Numbered from the stretch's first letter, positions 38,270-49,004 are shown. The stretch: 64,000 nucleotides of DNA from Pseudomonadota bacterium (GCA_034439715.1 JAWXAY010000043.1:18261-82260); one strand, 5' to 3'. Translations and numbers: made by a program. The notes: generated by a model from the sequence alone, not told the origin.

Positions 38270-40084
38270 ATGCAACAATCCTGGGCCCCCACAGATCCTG
38301 AAGTTAAAAAAACCAATCTCTGGCGCGCAATGCAAATCAAAGAAATCAACTCTTACGACGATTTTTATAAATGGTCTTGCAAAAATCGTGAAGAATTTTG
38401 GGCGCTGACCATCAAGCAATTAAAGATAAAATTTAACACACCTCCCAACAAAATCTTAGACATCAGCAAAGGTCCCGCACAACCGAATTGGTTAAAAGGG
38501 GCCCTATATAATATTGCCGAAAGTTGTCTAAAGAAAGATCCCAAGGCTGTCGCTATAGTCCATCAAAGAGAGGGCGGTGAAATTAAAAAAATGACTTATG
38601 GCGAACTCGATATTCTTAGCAATCAAATTGCCAATGGGCTTATTGAGAATGGATTTAAAAAAGGTGATGCCATTGCTATTGACATGTTGATGAATGTTGA
38701 AAGTGTTGCCATTTATTTAGGAATCATCAAGTCCGGAATGATTGTAGTTTCAATCGCAGATAGTTTTGCGGCCACGGAAATCGCGAGCCGTCTTAAAATA
38801 GCTGGCGCCAAAGGAGTTTTTACTCAGGATACAATTAGGCGGGGAGGTAAAGAGCTTCCGATGTATGAAAAGGTTATACAAGCGGGTGCGCCAAAAACAG
38901 TTGTTCTTGCTCAAGCTAAAATCAATTTGCGAAAAGGTGATTTGTTGTTTGAAAACTTCTTAAGTTCCAATAAGAAATTCGAGACCATAGCTTGTGCGCC
39001 TTATGACACAATAAATATTTTGTTTTCATCGGGTACGAGCGGTGAGCCTAAAGCTATTCCCTGGACACACCTAACCCCTATTAAGTCAGCGATGGATGGA
39101 CACTTTCATCATGATATTCAAGCTCACGATATCGTCGCCTGGCCGACTAACTTAGGCTGGATGATGGGACCGTGGTTGGTGTTTGCGAGCTTCATTAATG
39201 ATGCCACAATCGCTCTGTATGACGGGTTACCCACGCAAAAAGAGTTTGGTGAATTCGTACAAAATGCCCAGGTGAGCGTTTTAGGTATTGTACCAAGCAT
39301 TGTTAAATCCTGGCGAAATTCTAAGTGCATGGAAAACCTCAATTGGTCCACACTCAAAGCTTTTAGTTCGACAGGCGAATGCTCTAATGTCGAGGACTAT
39401 GAATATTTAATGTCTCTCGCGAAAAACAAGCCGGTCGTAGAGTATTGTGGGGGCACAGAAATCGGCGGTGGCTACTTGACCCAGACATTTTTGCAAAAGG
39501 CTTATCCTTCAACCTTTTCTACGCCTAGCTTGGGTCTTGAGATTTTAATTTTAGATGAACATGGCCAGCCTGCTCAAGAGGGAGAATTATTTCTAATTCC
39601 TCCCTCGATTGGTTTATCTCAAACCCTTATCAATAAAAATCACGACGAGATTTATTATCAAGATTGTCCCAAGGGTCCGAATGGTGAAATCCTGCGACGC
39701 CACGGCGATGAAGCTCAGTTATTAGAAAATAATTACTACAGAGCACTCGGCCGGGCCGACGACACTATGAATTTAGGCGGTATCAAAGTGAGCAGCGTTG
39801 AAATTGAGAGGACGCTAAATCAAAACCCAAACGTTTTAGAAACCGCCGCTATCGCCATAAATCCTAAAGGTGGTGGGCCCAGTGTGCTTGTTGTTTTTTT
39901 GGTAAAGAAGGAGGGGCCCATAGACAATGAGAGTTTCAAAAAAAACCTACAAAATGAACTCAGTAAAAAATTAAATCCCTTGTTTAAAATTCACGATCTC
40001 GTGATGGTTGATAAACTTCCGCGCACGGCCTCAAATAAAGTCATGCGCCGAGTTTTACGGGCAGAGTACCAATCACTTCTATAA
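38270..40084 (+). CDS. AMP-binding acyl-CoA synthetase (acetate-CoA ligase / AAE17-like subfamily)
   Basis: ILFSSGTSGEPK, EYCGGTE, GRADDTMNLGGIK, LPRTASNKVMRR. Confidence 0.92.
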   Translation: MQQSWAPTDPEVKKTNLWRAMQIKEINSYDDFYKWSCKNREEFWALTIKQLKIKFNTPPNKILDISKGPAQPNWLKGALYNIAESCLKKDPKAVAIVHQREGGEIKKMTYGELDILSNQIANGLIENGFKKGDAIAIDMLMNVESVAIYLGIIKSGMIVVSIADSFAATEIASRLKIAGAKGVFTQDTIRRGGKELPMYEKVIQAGAPKTVVLAQAKINLRKGDLLFENFLSSNKKFETIACAPYDTINILFSSGTSGEPKAIPWTHLTPIKSAMDGHFHHDIQAHDIVAWPTNLGWMMGPWLVFASFINDATIALYDGLPTQKEFGEFVQNAQVSVLGIVPSIVKSWRNSKCMENLNWSTLKAFSSTGECSNVEDYEYLMSLAKNKPVVEYCGGTEIGGGYLTQTFLQKAYPSTFSTPSLGLEILILDEHGQPAQEGELFLIPPSIGLSQTLINKNHDEIYYQDCPKGPNGEILRRHGDEAQLLENNYYRALGRADDTMNLGGIKVSSVEIERTLNQNPNVLETAAIAINPKGGGPSVLVVFLVKKEGPIDNESFKKNLQNELSKKLNPLFKIHDLVMVDKLPRTASNKVMRRVLRAEYQSLL

Positions 40085-40104
40085 CTTTGACAGACTTTAA
40101 GAGT

Positions 40105-40515
40105 CTAAATTGGCTTGGATCTTGAGTTAGGCGAAAGAATAATATCGTCGCACTTGCCTGTGGCTCCAATATCAGAATATTCTATTTCGGGGTCCAAAGT
40201 ATAAGTGGTCTCATTACCGCGTGTTGAATACGGTACATCTTTTCCTCTAAGGTACAAAAAGGGAAAGGCCTCTTCACCCCTGTCTTTGAATAGGCGAGTA
40301 GCCGTTTCCATGTCTGCCATCTTGTCACCATCTTCATCATAGCTACGAAAGATTACGGCCAAATTCTGTTCTTTTCCGTCTGTATCCGTAAACCAACTAG
40401 TGGCAAAACTACGAATCATTTCCCCTTTAGGTTTAAAAGCATCGCAGGCAAAAGAATTGAAGGAATGCAGAGTAAATGCCAAAAAAGAAGCTAATGAAAT
40501 GATAGAGATTTTCAT
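40105..40515 (-). CDS. Small secreted hypothetical protein
   Basis: Signal peptide ending SFA; two Cys; acidic DEDGDKMAD loop; likely start ATG 40515. Confidence 0.65.
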   Translation of the reverse strand: MKISIISLASFLAFTLHSFNSFACDAFKPKGEMIRSFATSWFTDTDGKEQNLAVIFRSYDEDGDKMADMETATRLFKDRGEEAFPFLYLRGKDVPYSTRGNETTYTLDPEIEYSDIGATGKCDDIILSPNSRSKPI

Positions 40516-40660
40516 AAAAAATGGCCCCCCAGACACCAATTGATACTATATGCTTAATATATTGGCAATTAAATGTTGATCCATTTACCTTTTTGCACTC
40601 TTTAAGATTTTGACTAGCCGGTTAAGGTTGGCGATCATTATCTCCTGTGGAGATCTCATC

Positions 40661-42181
40661 ATGATGTGGCTACTTTGGGTTGTTTTATTAAAGGGGCTTG
40701 AGGCGCCTGCTGCTAAAATTTACCCCCCGTTCGCCGAAGATGCTAAAAAGTTCATTGCCTCGCTCCCCTCGAAATCAGTGACCATAGACTTAGTCGTGGG
40801 ATTAGCTCTAAAGAACAGTGACAAATTCCAACAAATAAGAGCTCTTGCGCCGACGACTGAGATTCCTGAACTCAATAGCAAGATTCCGTTGGAATTTACC
40901 ACTGAAGCCAGTTTTGCCTATACGCTAAATCGTAATGAACCTGACTCTGCGTTTGCGGCCACGAGGAGCGAACTCCACCAAGGTGTACTCGGGTTTTCAA
41001 AGTATTTTGCTTCAGGCACTGGCGTGGAAATGAGGGTCACCCATGGGCATGCTTTAAAGGAACTATCAATTTTAGGTAATGTCGCCTTGGATGACAATCG
41101 CACCTCTTACGCTGAGCTCTCCCTGAGTCAGAATTTGTGGCGAGATGCCTTTGGTTATGCCACCAGGCGAAGTTTGAGGCGAGGTAAAATAGAAAGCGAA
41201 TCGAGGCGACTCGAGATAGAGCAGTATGTAGAAGAGTGGCATTTGGCTATAGTACAAACTTATTATCGAGCTTGGTCGGCACAAGCCGACGTGCGTGCTG
41301 CGGAATCAGGACTTAAGCGACGTGAAAAACTTTTGGATACTACTCGTCGTAAAGTCACCAGCGGGACGGCCGAGCGACCCGATTTTTTTCAAGTTAAAAG
41401 TGCGTTTGTTGGCTCGAAGATTCGTTTGCAAAATTCCCGAGAAATATTGGATGCGATTTGGCGGGACTTAGTCGTGACATTGAAGTTTCCCAAGCACTGG
41501 ATGAACTCAGACCCGCTGCTGGTACCTGTGGCGTTGGACAATCCCATGGCTCCAGCGCTTCAGCTGTGTCAGCAAAACGTTAAGCCGAGCTCACAGAATA
41601 GCACTAGCGTCCGGCGCTCTGAACTAGACAAGAATGCTGCTGAACTTAATTTCGAGTCGGCGAAAAATCAGGTTTCTCCGCAGCTGCAATTAAATTTAAT
41701 AATGGGCTCTAATGGTGTTGATTCTATAGACGCCGGAGAAAGTTTAAATGAGGCGTTCAGTGGCACTCATCCCAATTATACGGCAATGTTGGCGTTAAAA
41801 GTTCCGTGGGATAATTACCAAGCAAAGGCACAGGCCCTTCAGGCATTTTCGCAAAAAGGGACTAATGAAGCCAAATACAAGGACAGCATTTCTAGATTCG
41901 AAATTGATTGGATGAACCAGTGTGAACAGTTAAGGCACTGGCAAGAGAAAGTGACTGAACTTCGTGACGTAATGAATGACCAAAGATCGCGTCTGGTTTT
42001 GGAAGAAAGCCGCTTTCGTGTGGGTCGGGTGCCCCTGATAAATCTCATTCAAGCAGGTGACGATCAAACCGATGCTGAAGTTAATTTGGCGAGAGCAGAA
42101 GTAGAATATCGGTTAACGTCTTGGCGAATTCGCCATTTATCGGGACTTCTAAAATCTTATTTGGATCAGTTGGGGAAATGA
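40661..42181 (+). CDS. TolC family outer-membrane efflux protein
   Basis: Signal peptide; SLSQNLWRD, two helical repeats, EESRFRVGR; 1 nt from the RND gene. Confidence 0.85.
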   Translation: MMWLLWVVLLKGLEAPAAKIYPPFAEDAKKFIASLPSKSVTIDLVVGLALKNSDKFQQIRALAPTTEIPELNSKIPLEFTTEASFAYTLNRNEPDSAFAATRSELHQGVLGFSKYFASGTGVEMRVTHGHALKELSILGNVALDDNRTSYAELSLSQNLWRDAFGYATRRSLRRGKIESESRRLEIEQYVEEWHLAIVQTYYRAWSAQADVRAAESGLKRREKLLDTTRRKVTSGTAERPDFFQVKSAFVGSKIRLQNSREILDAIWRDLVVTLKFPKHWMNSDPLLVPVALDNPMAPALQLCQQNVKPSSQNSTSVRRSELDKNAAELNFESAKNQVSPQLQLNLIMGSNGVDSIDAGESLNEAFSGTHPNYTAMLALKVPWDNYQAKAQALQAFSQKGTNEAKYKDSISRFEIDWMNQCEQLRHWQEKVTELRDVMNDQRSRLVLEESRFRVGRVPLINLIQAGDDQTDAEVNLARAEVEYRLTSWRIRHLSGLLKSYLDQLGK

Positions 42182-42182
42182 A

Positions 42183-45100
42183 GTGTTAAAAAGACTGATA
42201 CGATTTTTTATAGACAACTCGACTCTGGCAAATCTGTTAACGGTTGCCATCATAATTGTTGGGAGTATTTCAATTGTTAATATTCGTCGCGAAGTTTTTC
42301 CGAATATCAGTTTTGATATCATCTCTGTCACGACGCCTTTTCCGGGAGCTTCTCCGGCCGAAGTTGAAAAACTAGTTACTAATCCCATGGAGCAGGATCT
42401 CAACGAAGTTGACGGAATCAAGAGAATTTTGTCGTCTTCGATTGAAAATTTCAGTGGTATTACTATTTATCTTGACCCGGATCAGACAACAGCCGACCAG
42501 GGCAAAGATGACGTTAAAAACGTGGTCGATAAGTTTAATGATCTCCCCTCTGGGGCTGAAGAGCCACTCGTCATTAAGATTGAAAGTAAGTCACAACCCA
42601 TAATCGAAGTTGCCATTTCTGCTGACGTTCCAGATCTTCGTCTTCGAGATATTGCCAAAATAATGGAAGCCGAGCTAGAGAGAACCCCTGGTGTGGCAAA
42701 AGTGGTCACACAAGGTTTGCGCGAGGTTGAAATCAGAGTAGAAGCTGACAAAAATGCCTTAAATCGCTATCATGTCTCATTAGAAGATCTTATCAATGCG
42801 CTTAAGCGCCAAAATGTTTCAGTGCCTGGTGGTCGCATAGAAACGCCAAACGATGGCCTCCAGAAAATTGTGAGAACAGTCGGTGACTTTAAAACTCTAG
42901 ACGATGTTAAAAATACAATTGTGCGCGCTAACGACCTTGGCCAGTCAGTGCGAGTGAGTGATGTAGCTAAGGTCGACTATGCCCTTGAGGAAGCGACTGT
43001 GGTAACTCGGGTTAATGGTCGCCCCTCTTTAAGTCTGACTATTCTCAAGAAAGAAAAAGCCGATGCCATAGATCTAGTTGATAACGTCAAAGCTAAAGTA
43101 AAGAGTCTTAAGAAATCTATCGAACCAACACTAGTCGTTGAATACGTCAATGACTTTTCAGTCTTCATTCGTAACCGGCTTAATATTGTTACTTACAACT
43201 TATTGTTTGGTTTGGGTTTGGTACTGCTACTTTTACCTTTTTTACTCCCATTTCGTTTTGCCTTTATTGTAGCTCTAGGAGAGCCTTTTGCCTTTTTGGG
43301 TGCCATTATTCTCCTTCATTTTACTGGCAACAGCATTAATTTAATTTCGATGATCGGACTTATTATTGTGTCGGGGATTTTGGTTGATGACTCGATTGTG
43401 GTGTCAGAAAACGCAGTTCGATTGCTCGAAAAGGGACACGATCCCCGAACGGCAGCTCTTAAAGGTACAATGCAAATTTTCGGACCGTTGACAGGCTCGG
43501 CCCTGTCTATCGCTATTGTTTTTGCAGCAATGGCATTTGTGAGCGGCATTTTTGGAAAGTTTATAATGCAGATTCCAATTGCTGTGATAGCTTGTTTAGT
43601 AGTCAGTCTTTTTGAATGTTATTTTATTTTACCTTCACATATTGCACATTGGGTTAAGGTTAAAGAAAATAAGGCGGCAGGTCTCATTGAAAATAAAAAT
43701 ATTTTTGTGCGTGTATCCGAAAGATCTTCCAACTATTGGGAAAAAGTTATTGTACCCGCCTATTCAAAAATTCTCAGTGCGTTTATCAGGAGTCGCTACG
43801 TGGTGGCCCTCGGTGCTCTATTGTTTATCGTGGTTACGGCCTTTGGCGCCAAATATTTTTTGAAATTTGATTTATTTCCGGCTGAAGGAGTAGAGATTTT
43901 TATCATTAGGTCCGAAGTCCCCACCGGTTTGCCGCTAGAGAAACATGTTGAATATTTATCGAAGGTAGAAGACGAGGTAAAAAAGCTAGGTAAAAAAGAA
44001 CTCATCAATTTTGCAACTAAAGTAGGTGTTCAACAGCAGGATGCCAATGATCCCAACACGCGGCGAGGAAGTGAGTTTGGACAAATAATGGTGTTTTTGA
44101 CACCCGAAAATAAGCGTGAGCGTATTGCCTCGGAAATAATTGAGGACTTGCGAAAAAAAATTGGTGTACCTGCCGAATTTAAAAGTTTGACCTTTAATCG
44201 TATGCAAACCGGTCCTCCTGCCGGTAGACCCGTTGATATAGGTGTGCGAGGTAAAGAGTATGAACATATTTTGCCAGCAGTTCTATATCTAAAAGAAAAG
44301 CTGTCTGAGGTTGAAGGCGTCTCTGATATTCTTGATACTTATTTGTTGGGCAAATCAGAACTACAGGTCATCCCGGAACCGGTCAAAGCGGCAAGTGCCG
44401 GGTTAAGCGCTGCTTCGATTGGCTACAGTGTCGGCGCTGCCTTTGAAGGAATTATCGCAACAAAAATTCGCGGACTTGATGAAGAACAGGCGGTGAGAGT
44501 GACATTGTCTGAAGAGCAAAAAAATAGGATGGGATCTCTTGGTGACCTACGTATTCCCAATCCCTCAGGTTTTCTTGTGCCTTTAGCCCAAGTGGCAAGG
44601 ATTACCGAGGGCCAAAGTCTTTTATCCTATGATCATGAGGATCATCAGAGACAAGTAAGAGTGACAGCGGAGCTCGATGACAAAAAAGTCAGATCAGACG
44701 AAGTGAATTCCAGGATGAAAAAGTTTTTACCTGAGATGAAAAAGAAATTTCCGCAAGTCACCTTTGCTTTTGGAGGCCTCGACAAAGATACAATCGAAAG
44801 CCTTGTCTCTTTGCGAAATGCTTTTTTATTGGCAATAATGGGAGTGTTCCTGATTTTAGTCACTGTCTTCAGGAATCTCTCTCAACCGCTGGTAATATTG
44901 ATGACTGTTCCTATGGGAATTATTGCGGTCATTTGGGCTTTTATTTTTCATGGATTACCACTCAGCTTTATGGGCATGTTGGGAATCATTGCGCTAACAG
45001 GTGTGATCGTTAATAACGCCATTGTTCTAATTGATTTTATAAACCAAGAAGTGGCCAGCGGGAAATCAGTAAAGGATAGCATTCTCGAAGGTTCTAGAGT

Positions 45101-45332
45101 TCGAGCGCGTCCCATTTTTTTAACAACCGTGACCACAGTTGTGGGCTTGTTGCCCACTGCCTATGGACTTGGCGGGCTTGACAAGTTCGTTGTGCCAATT
45201 GCCATGGCGCTTGGCTGGGGCCTATCATTTGGCGCCATCCTCAATGCTTTTTTCTTTCCAGTTATTTTAGCGATTCTTGACGATGCTCAGATATTTCTCG
45301 CCAGAGTTTTTTCTAGAAAAAGAAGCGCTTAG
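42183..45332 (+). CDS. RND (AcrB/AcrD/AcrF family) efflux transporter
   Basis: PGASPAEVE, GILVDDSIVVSEN, VNNAIVLIDF, RARPIFLTT; 1049 aa. Confidence 0.96.
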   Translation: MLKRLIRFFIDNSTLANLLTVAIIIVGSISIVNIRREVFPNISFDIISVTTPFPGASPAEVEKLVTNPMEQDLNEVDGIKRILSSSIENFSGITIYLDPDQTTADQGKDDVKNVVDKFNDLPSGAEEPLVIKIESKSQPIIEVAISADVPDLRLRDIAKIMEAELERTPGVAKVVTQGLREVEIRVEADKNALNRYHVSLEDLINALKRQNVSVPGGRIETPNDGLQKIVRTVGDFKTLDDVKNTIVRANDLGQSVRVSDVAKVDYALEEATVVTRVNGRPSLSLTILKKEKADAIDLVDNVKAKVKSLKKSIEPTLVVEYVNDFSVFIRNRLNIVTYNLLFGLGLVLLLLPFLLPFRFAFIVALGEPFAFLGAIILLHFTGNSINLISMIGLIIVSGILVDDSIVVSENAVRLLEKGHDPRTAALKGTMQIFGPLTGSALSIAIVFAAMAFVSGIFGKFIMQIPIAVIACLVVSLFECYFILPSHIAHWVKVKENKAAGLIENKNIFVRVSERSSNYWEKVIVPAYSKILSAFIRSRYVVALGALLFIVVTAFGAKYFLKFDLFPAEGVEIFIIRSEVPTGLPLEKHVEYLSKVEDEVKKLGKKELINFATKVGVQQQDANDPNTRRGSEFGQIMVFLTPENKRERIASEIIEDLRKKIGVPAEFKSLTFNRMQTGPPAGRPVDIGVRGKEYEHILPAVLYLKEKLSEVEGVSDILDTYLLGKSELQVIPEPVKAASAGLSAASIGYSVGAAFEGIIATKIRGLDEEQAVRVTLSEEQKNRMGSLGDLRIPNPSGFLVPLAQVARITEGQSLLSYDHEDHQRQVRVTAELDDKKVRSDEVNSRMKKFLPEMKKKFPQVTFAFGGLDKDTIESLVSLRNAFLLAIMGVFLILVTVFRNLSQPLVILMTVPMGIIAVIWAFIFHGLPLSFMGMLGIIALTGVIVNNAIVLIDFINQEVASGKSVKDSILEGSRVRARPIFLTTVTTVVGLLPTAYGLGGLDKFVVPIAMALGWGLSFGAILNAFFFPVILAILDDAQIFLARVFSRKRSA

Positions 45333-46504
45333 TGCCTCTCAATAACCATAGCAACGGCCTCGCCGCCACCAAGACAAACTGTAGCGAGCCCATAACGCTC
45401 ACCCGTGCGTTGCAGCCCATGTACTAGGGTCGTTAAAATTCGCGCCCCGCTGCAGCCAATCGGGTGACCAATTGCAACGGCGCCGCCAAAGGGATTCACC
45501 AGTTTGCGACTCAGACCTAATTCCTTGATCGTGATTATTGCAACTGCGGCGAAAGCTTCATTGATTTCCCAATGTGCTATATCAGAAACCTTCATATTTA
45601 GTTGATCCAATAATTTCTTAACGGCTCCTATTGGGGCTGTGGTGAACCATTTTGGGTCTTGAGCGAAGGTGGCGTAGCCTTTTATTTTCGCCAGAGGGAC
45701 GATTCCTAAACTTTTGGCCTTAGCGCCTTCCATAATTACAAGCGCGGCACCGCCGTCGTTTAACTTACTCGAATTCGCAGCTGTGACTGAACCGTCCTTA
45801 TCAAAGACGGGTTTTAATTTTGGAATTTTATCAAACTGGGTTTTAAAAGGTTCTTCGTCATTGCTAAATGGCTTGGGGCCTTCTTTTGTTTCAACGGTGA
45901 CAGTTACGATTTCGTTTTTAAAGTAAGCCTTCGTATTGGCCTCCTGGGCCAATTTATAACTTTCAACTGAATACTGATCTAGTTCCTCACGTGTCAGTTT
46001 TTTTTCTTTTACGCAGAGTTCAGCGGCAACTCCCATGTGAAAATTATTTGCGGGATCCCAAAGGCCATCTTTAATCATTGAGTCCACTAGGGTTTGCGAA
46101 CCCATGCGATACCCATTACGAACATTTTCCATCAAAAAGGGCGCGTTGCTCATACTTTCTTGGCCGCCCGCCACGACTACTCTGGCATCTCCCAGCCGAA
46201 TGAGATCGCTAGCCATCATCACCGCTTTTAAACCAGAACCACAAACTTTATTGATTGTTAAACAGGGCGTAGATTGTTTTAAACCCGCCAAAAGAGCGGC
46301 TTGTCTGGCAGGAGCTTGGCCGCTACCTGCGGTCAAAACTTGACCCATGATACAATCATTGACTTCATGTGGATCACAATTAATTTTTTCCAGCGCGGCC
46401 CGAATGGCTATGCTCCCAAGTTTAGGAGCGCCAAAACTGGATAGTGTTCCCATAAAACTGCCTACGGGAGTACGTTGGGCGCTGGCTACAATAATTTCTG
46501 TCAT
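45329..46504 (-). CDS. atoB: Acetyl-CoA C-acetyltransferase (thiolase)
   Basis: NKVCGSG, EINEAFA, GHPIGCSG, CLGGGE. Confidence 0.93.
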   Translation of the reverse strand: MTEIIVASAQRTPVGSFMGTLSSFGAPKLGSIAIRAALEKINCDPHEVNDCIMGQVLTAGSGQAPARQAALLAGLKQSTPCLTINKVCGSGLKAVMMASDLIRLGDARVVVAGGQESMSNAPFLMENVRNGYRMGSQTLVDSMIKDGLWDPANNFHMGVAAELCVKEKKLTREELDQYSVESYKLAQEANTKAYFKNEIVTVTVETKEGPKPFSNDEEPFKTQFDKIPKLKPVFDKDGSVTAANSSKLNDGGAALVIMEGAKAKSLGIVPLAKIKGYATFAQDPKWFTTAPIGAVKKLLDQLNMKVSDIAHWEINEAFAAVAIITIKELGLSRKLVNPFGGAVAIGHPIGCSGARILTTLVHGLQRTGERYGLATVCLGGGEAVAMVIERH

Positions 46505-46661
46505 GAAAAAGCTCCTGGTTGGACAATTGCCCAGATACTAAACATTCCTAAATAAAATTCAACTAAAAACCACCTATGATTGACTTCATTTTCGGGCATT
46601 TATACTTAACTCTTGCATTTAATCTTTATGATGTAAAAATTGGGTACGAAGGTGGGGTTCA

Positions 46662-47708
46662 ATGAAAAATTTAATTTATAGCTTAGCGTTGCTTTTGGGC
46701 AGTCATGATCTCTGGGCTGTGGAGGATACTAAAAGTTTTCAGATTCCCTACGAAACTACACAAAGATTAAAGATAAGTGGATACAAAGGTGACATCGAAC
46801 TTATTCCCGCAAAAGAAGCTCAGTCCACGCGCATCACTATTACTAAAAATTATCAGATTCCCAGTGGTACCCCTGACGATATTGAGATTGCCATCAAGCG
46901 CTGGGACCCCCTCGTTGAGAATCGCGAAAACCAATTACAGATTACTTTTCGCGAACCCCAGGTCAGGGATTTTTGGTTGCGTAAAGATTATCAAGATCTC
47001 GTTCCGAATTTCAAAATTCAGATTGTGGGATTTAATCTTCCCACTGAAATCTATTGGTGGAAGGGCGACATCAAGACTGCAGAATGGAAAAATAGCGTCC
47101 ATGTGACGCTCCAGTCAGGATCTGTCGATCTTAATAAAGTAGAGGGAGAGTCAAATATAAATGTGCAGTCGGGCTCTATAAAAATGATTCAGCAGAAGGG
47201 AAACGTAATTATTCAAACGTACGACGCAAAAGTAGTTGCTAGTAACATCGAAGGATCTATTGAAATTGATAATTTTGTGGGCCCCACCTCCGTTGACAAA
47301 GTAGAAGGAGCGGTACGTCTCAACTCGTTTAGTGGGCGAAATAAATTTAACGATGTGAAAGGGAGTCTTAATTTTCAACTTAAGGTAGGAGTTCTCGACA
47401 TTGATGAGTTAGACGGCAGTTTGCGGGGAGAAAATGCTGATGGACAAGTGAGAGCTCATCTTACCGGTTCACCAGATGTTCGCATTCGCTCTCAAGGTGG
47501 GGGTGTTAATCTGTCAATGTCCAAAAAACAATCGGCTCATCTCAATATTGGTTCTGTCGAGGGAGAACTACGAATTCCGACCAATATTAAAGTACAAAAA
47601 GGGGCGAATATGAAATGGGCAGTAGGAAAACTTCGTGGTGGCGGAGAAAAGGAAGGGCAGATTTTTGCGCGCTCTCAATCGGGGCTTATAGGGGTCAATC
47701 AGAAATAA
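46662..47708 (+). CDS. DUF4097-like beta-strand repeat exported protein
   Basis: Signal peptide; ~18-aa repeats (SGSVDLNKVEG, SGSIKM, VGPTSVDKVEG, SGRNKFNDVKG). Confidence 0.8.
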   Translation: MKNLIYSLALLLGSHDLWAVEDTKSFQIPYETTQRLKISGYKGDIELIPAKEAQSTRITITKNYQIPSGTPDDIEIAIKRWDPLVENRENQLQITFREPQVRDFWLRKDYQDLVPNFKIQIVGFNLPTEIYWWKGDIKTAEWKNSVHVTLQSGSVDLNKVEGESNINVQSGSIKMIQQKGNVIIQTYDAKVVASNIEGSIEIDNFVGPTSVDKVEGAVRLNSFSGRNKFNDVKGSLNFQLKVGVLDIDELDGSLRGENADGQVRAHLTGSPDVRIRSQGGGVNLSMSKKQSAHLNIGSVEGELRIPTNIKVQKGANMKWAVGKLRGGGEKEGQIFARSQSGLIGVNQK

Positions 47709-47752
47709 ATTATGATTGACTTAGAGGTAAAAAACTTCAACATAGCTAAATT

Positions 47753-48418
47753 ATGAGTAAAGCCAAATCTAAGAAGCCTGTAGTCAAAAAAGCCCAAAAA
47801 CCCAGCAAAATCAGGTCGCCAGAAAAAAATTCAAAAAAGACGGCAATAAAAGCGCTTAAGAAATTGCCAATAAAAATTAAGGCTTTGGCCAAGCCAGAAA
47901 AAATTCAAATTCCTGAAAAAAAAGCCGCTAAGGTTGAGATAAAGCCAATCCTAGAAAAAGCACTTAAAAAATCCCAAAAAGCCATTGAAGCCATAGTAGA
48001 TGAGGTTAAATCTCCAGATGCTGATTCACGAGGTGAGGCTGAAATCGTACTCACTGACGCCGATGGCCGCAGGTATTGTCGCGTGCAGGATTGCGATCAG
48101 ATTTCTGTTGTTGAGGCCTATTGCCGTTACCACTATCTACTTCACTGGAAGCGCATCCAGTACAGAAAGAAGATTCTCAATGATAATAAATTACATAAGT
48201 ATATTGATGAGTTAACAGCTAAATATCCTGACAAGTTTTTAGAAGTAATTCGCAAAGATTTAGCCAATATTAAGACTTTCACCATGGCGATCCAAGAAAT
48301 GGAAATTGACGATTCAGATCCCGACACATCTCAAGAGCAAGATGACGCAAAGTCATATATCGATGAGGTTAGGGGAGTGGGCGGTGAAGCTGCAGAAAGT
48401 ACCGACGACGACTTCTAG
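47753..48418 (+). CDS. Lys-rich protein with C-x4-C-x9-C-x2-H putative zinc finger and acidic tail
   Basis: Basic K/A/P N-terminus; CRVQDCDQISVVEAYCRYH; D/E-rich C-terminus. Confidence 0.8.
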   Translation: MSKAKSKKPVVKKAQKPSKIRSPEKNSKKTAIKALKKLPIKIKALAKPEKIQIPEKKAAKVEIKPILEKALKKSQKAIEAIVDEVKSPDADSRGEAEIVLTDADGRRYCRVQDCDQISVVEAYCRYHYLLHWKRIQYRKKILNDNKLHKYIDELTAKYPDKFLEVIRKDLANIKTFTMAIQEMEIDDSDPDTSQEQDDAKSYIDEVRGVGGEAAESTDDDF

Positions 48419-48930
48419 TGGACCTGTTCGGATTGGTTATCGTCGAATTTGTTTTCTAAATCATTAAGCTCGTTTTCGTTAAAATCTGTCGATACTAAGC
48501 CTCGATCCAGGCCTAAAATGCGATCGGCCTCTTCTTCAAGTCGCGAATTAACAGCAGAATACAGTATGTAAATTGCCTTTTCCTTGTAAATTTGTTTCTG
48601 CCAAAGTTTGGGGAATTCTGTCTCTTTGGCATCTAAAAAGGATTCAAATAAGGTTCCGATCGGATCAATCATGATATTGAGCATTTCAAGTGCGTTTTCT
48701 TTTTGTAAGTTGAAGTCTACTGAGGCTTCAAAATTGCTCTGTCTAATAGAGCCCCGCGGCAGGTAACCTACTCTGACAATAATTTCTTCACGGTAAATTC
48801 GACCCTCAACTATAAGCTCACTACCTTGGATCTTTTCCGAGTAGCTGCTCTCAAAAATCTCGCGCACAACTTGGCAATATTCCTTTGGAAGTGCCACCCA
48901 TTTTATTGATGATTTACGTCTTGGTTCCAT
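48415..48930 (-). CDS. Conserved-looking hypothetical cytoplasmic protein
   Basis: ORF from MEPRRKSS; EGRIY and LEEEADRILG motifs; acidic tail. Confidence 0.75.
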   Translation of the reverse strand: MEPRRKSSIKWVALPKEYCQVVREIFESSYSEKIQGSELIVEGRIYREEIIVRVGYLPRGSIRQSNFEASVDFNLQKENALEMLNIMIDPIGTLFESFLDAKETEFPKLWQKQIYKEKAIYILYSAVNSRLEEEADRILGLDRGLVSTDFNENELNDLENKFDDNQSEQVH

Positions 48931-49004
48931 GTTACAACGCCTTATTAAGTTAATGGCGCAACATACTAGAAAATTCAAAAAACTTCAATAATTAGGGGAG
49001 CCAC

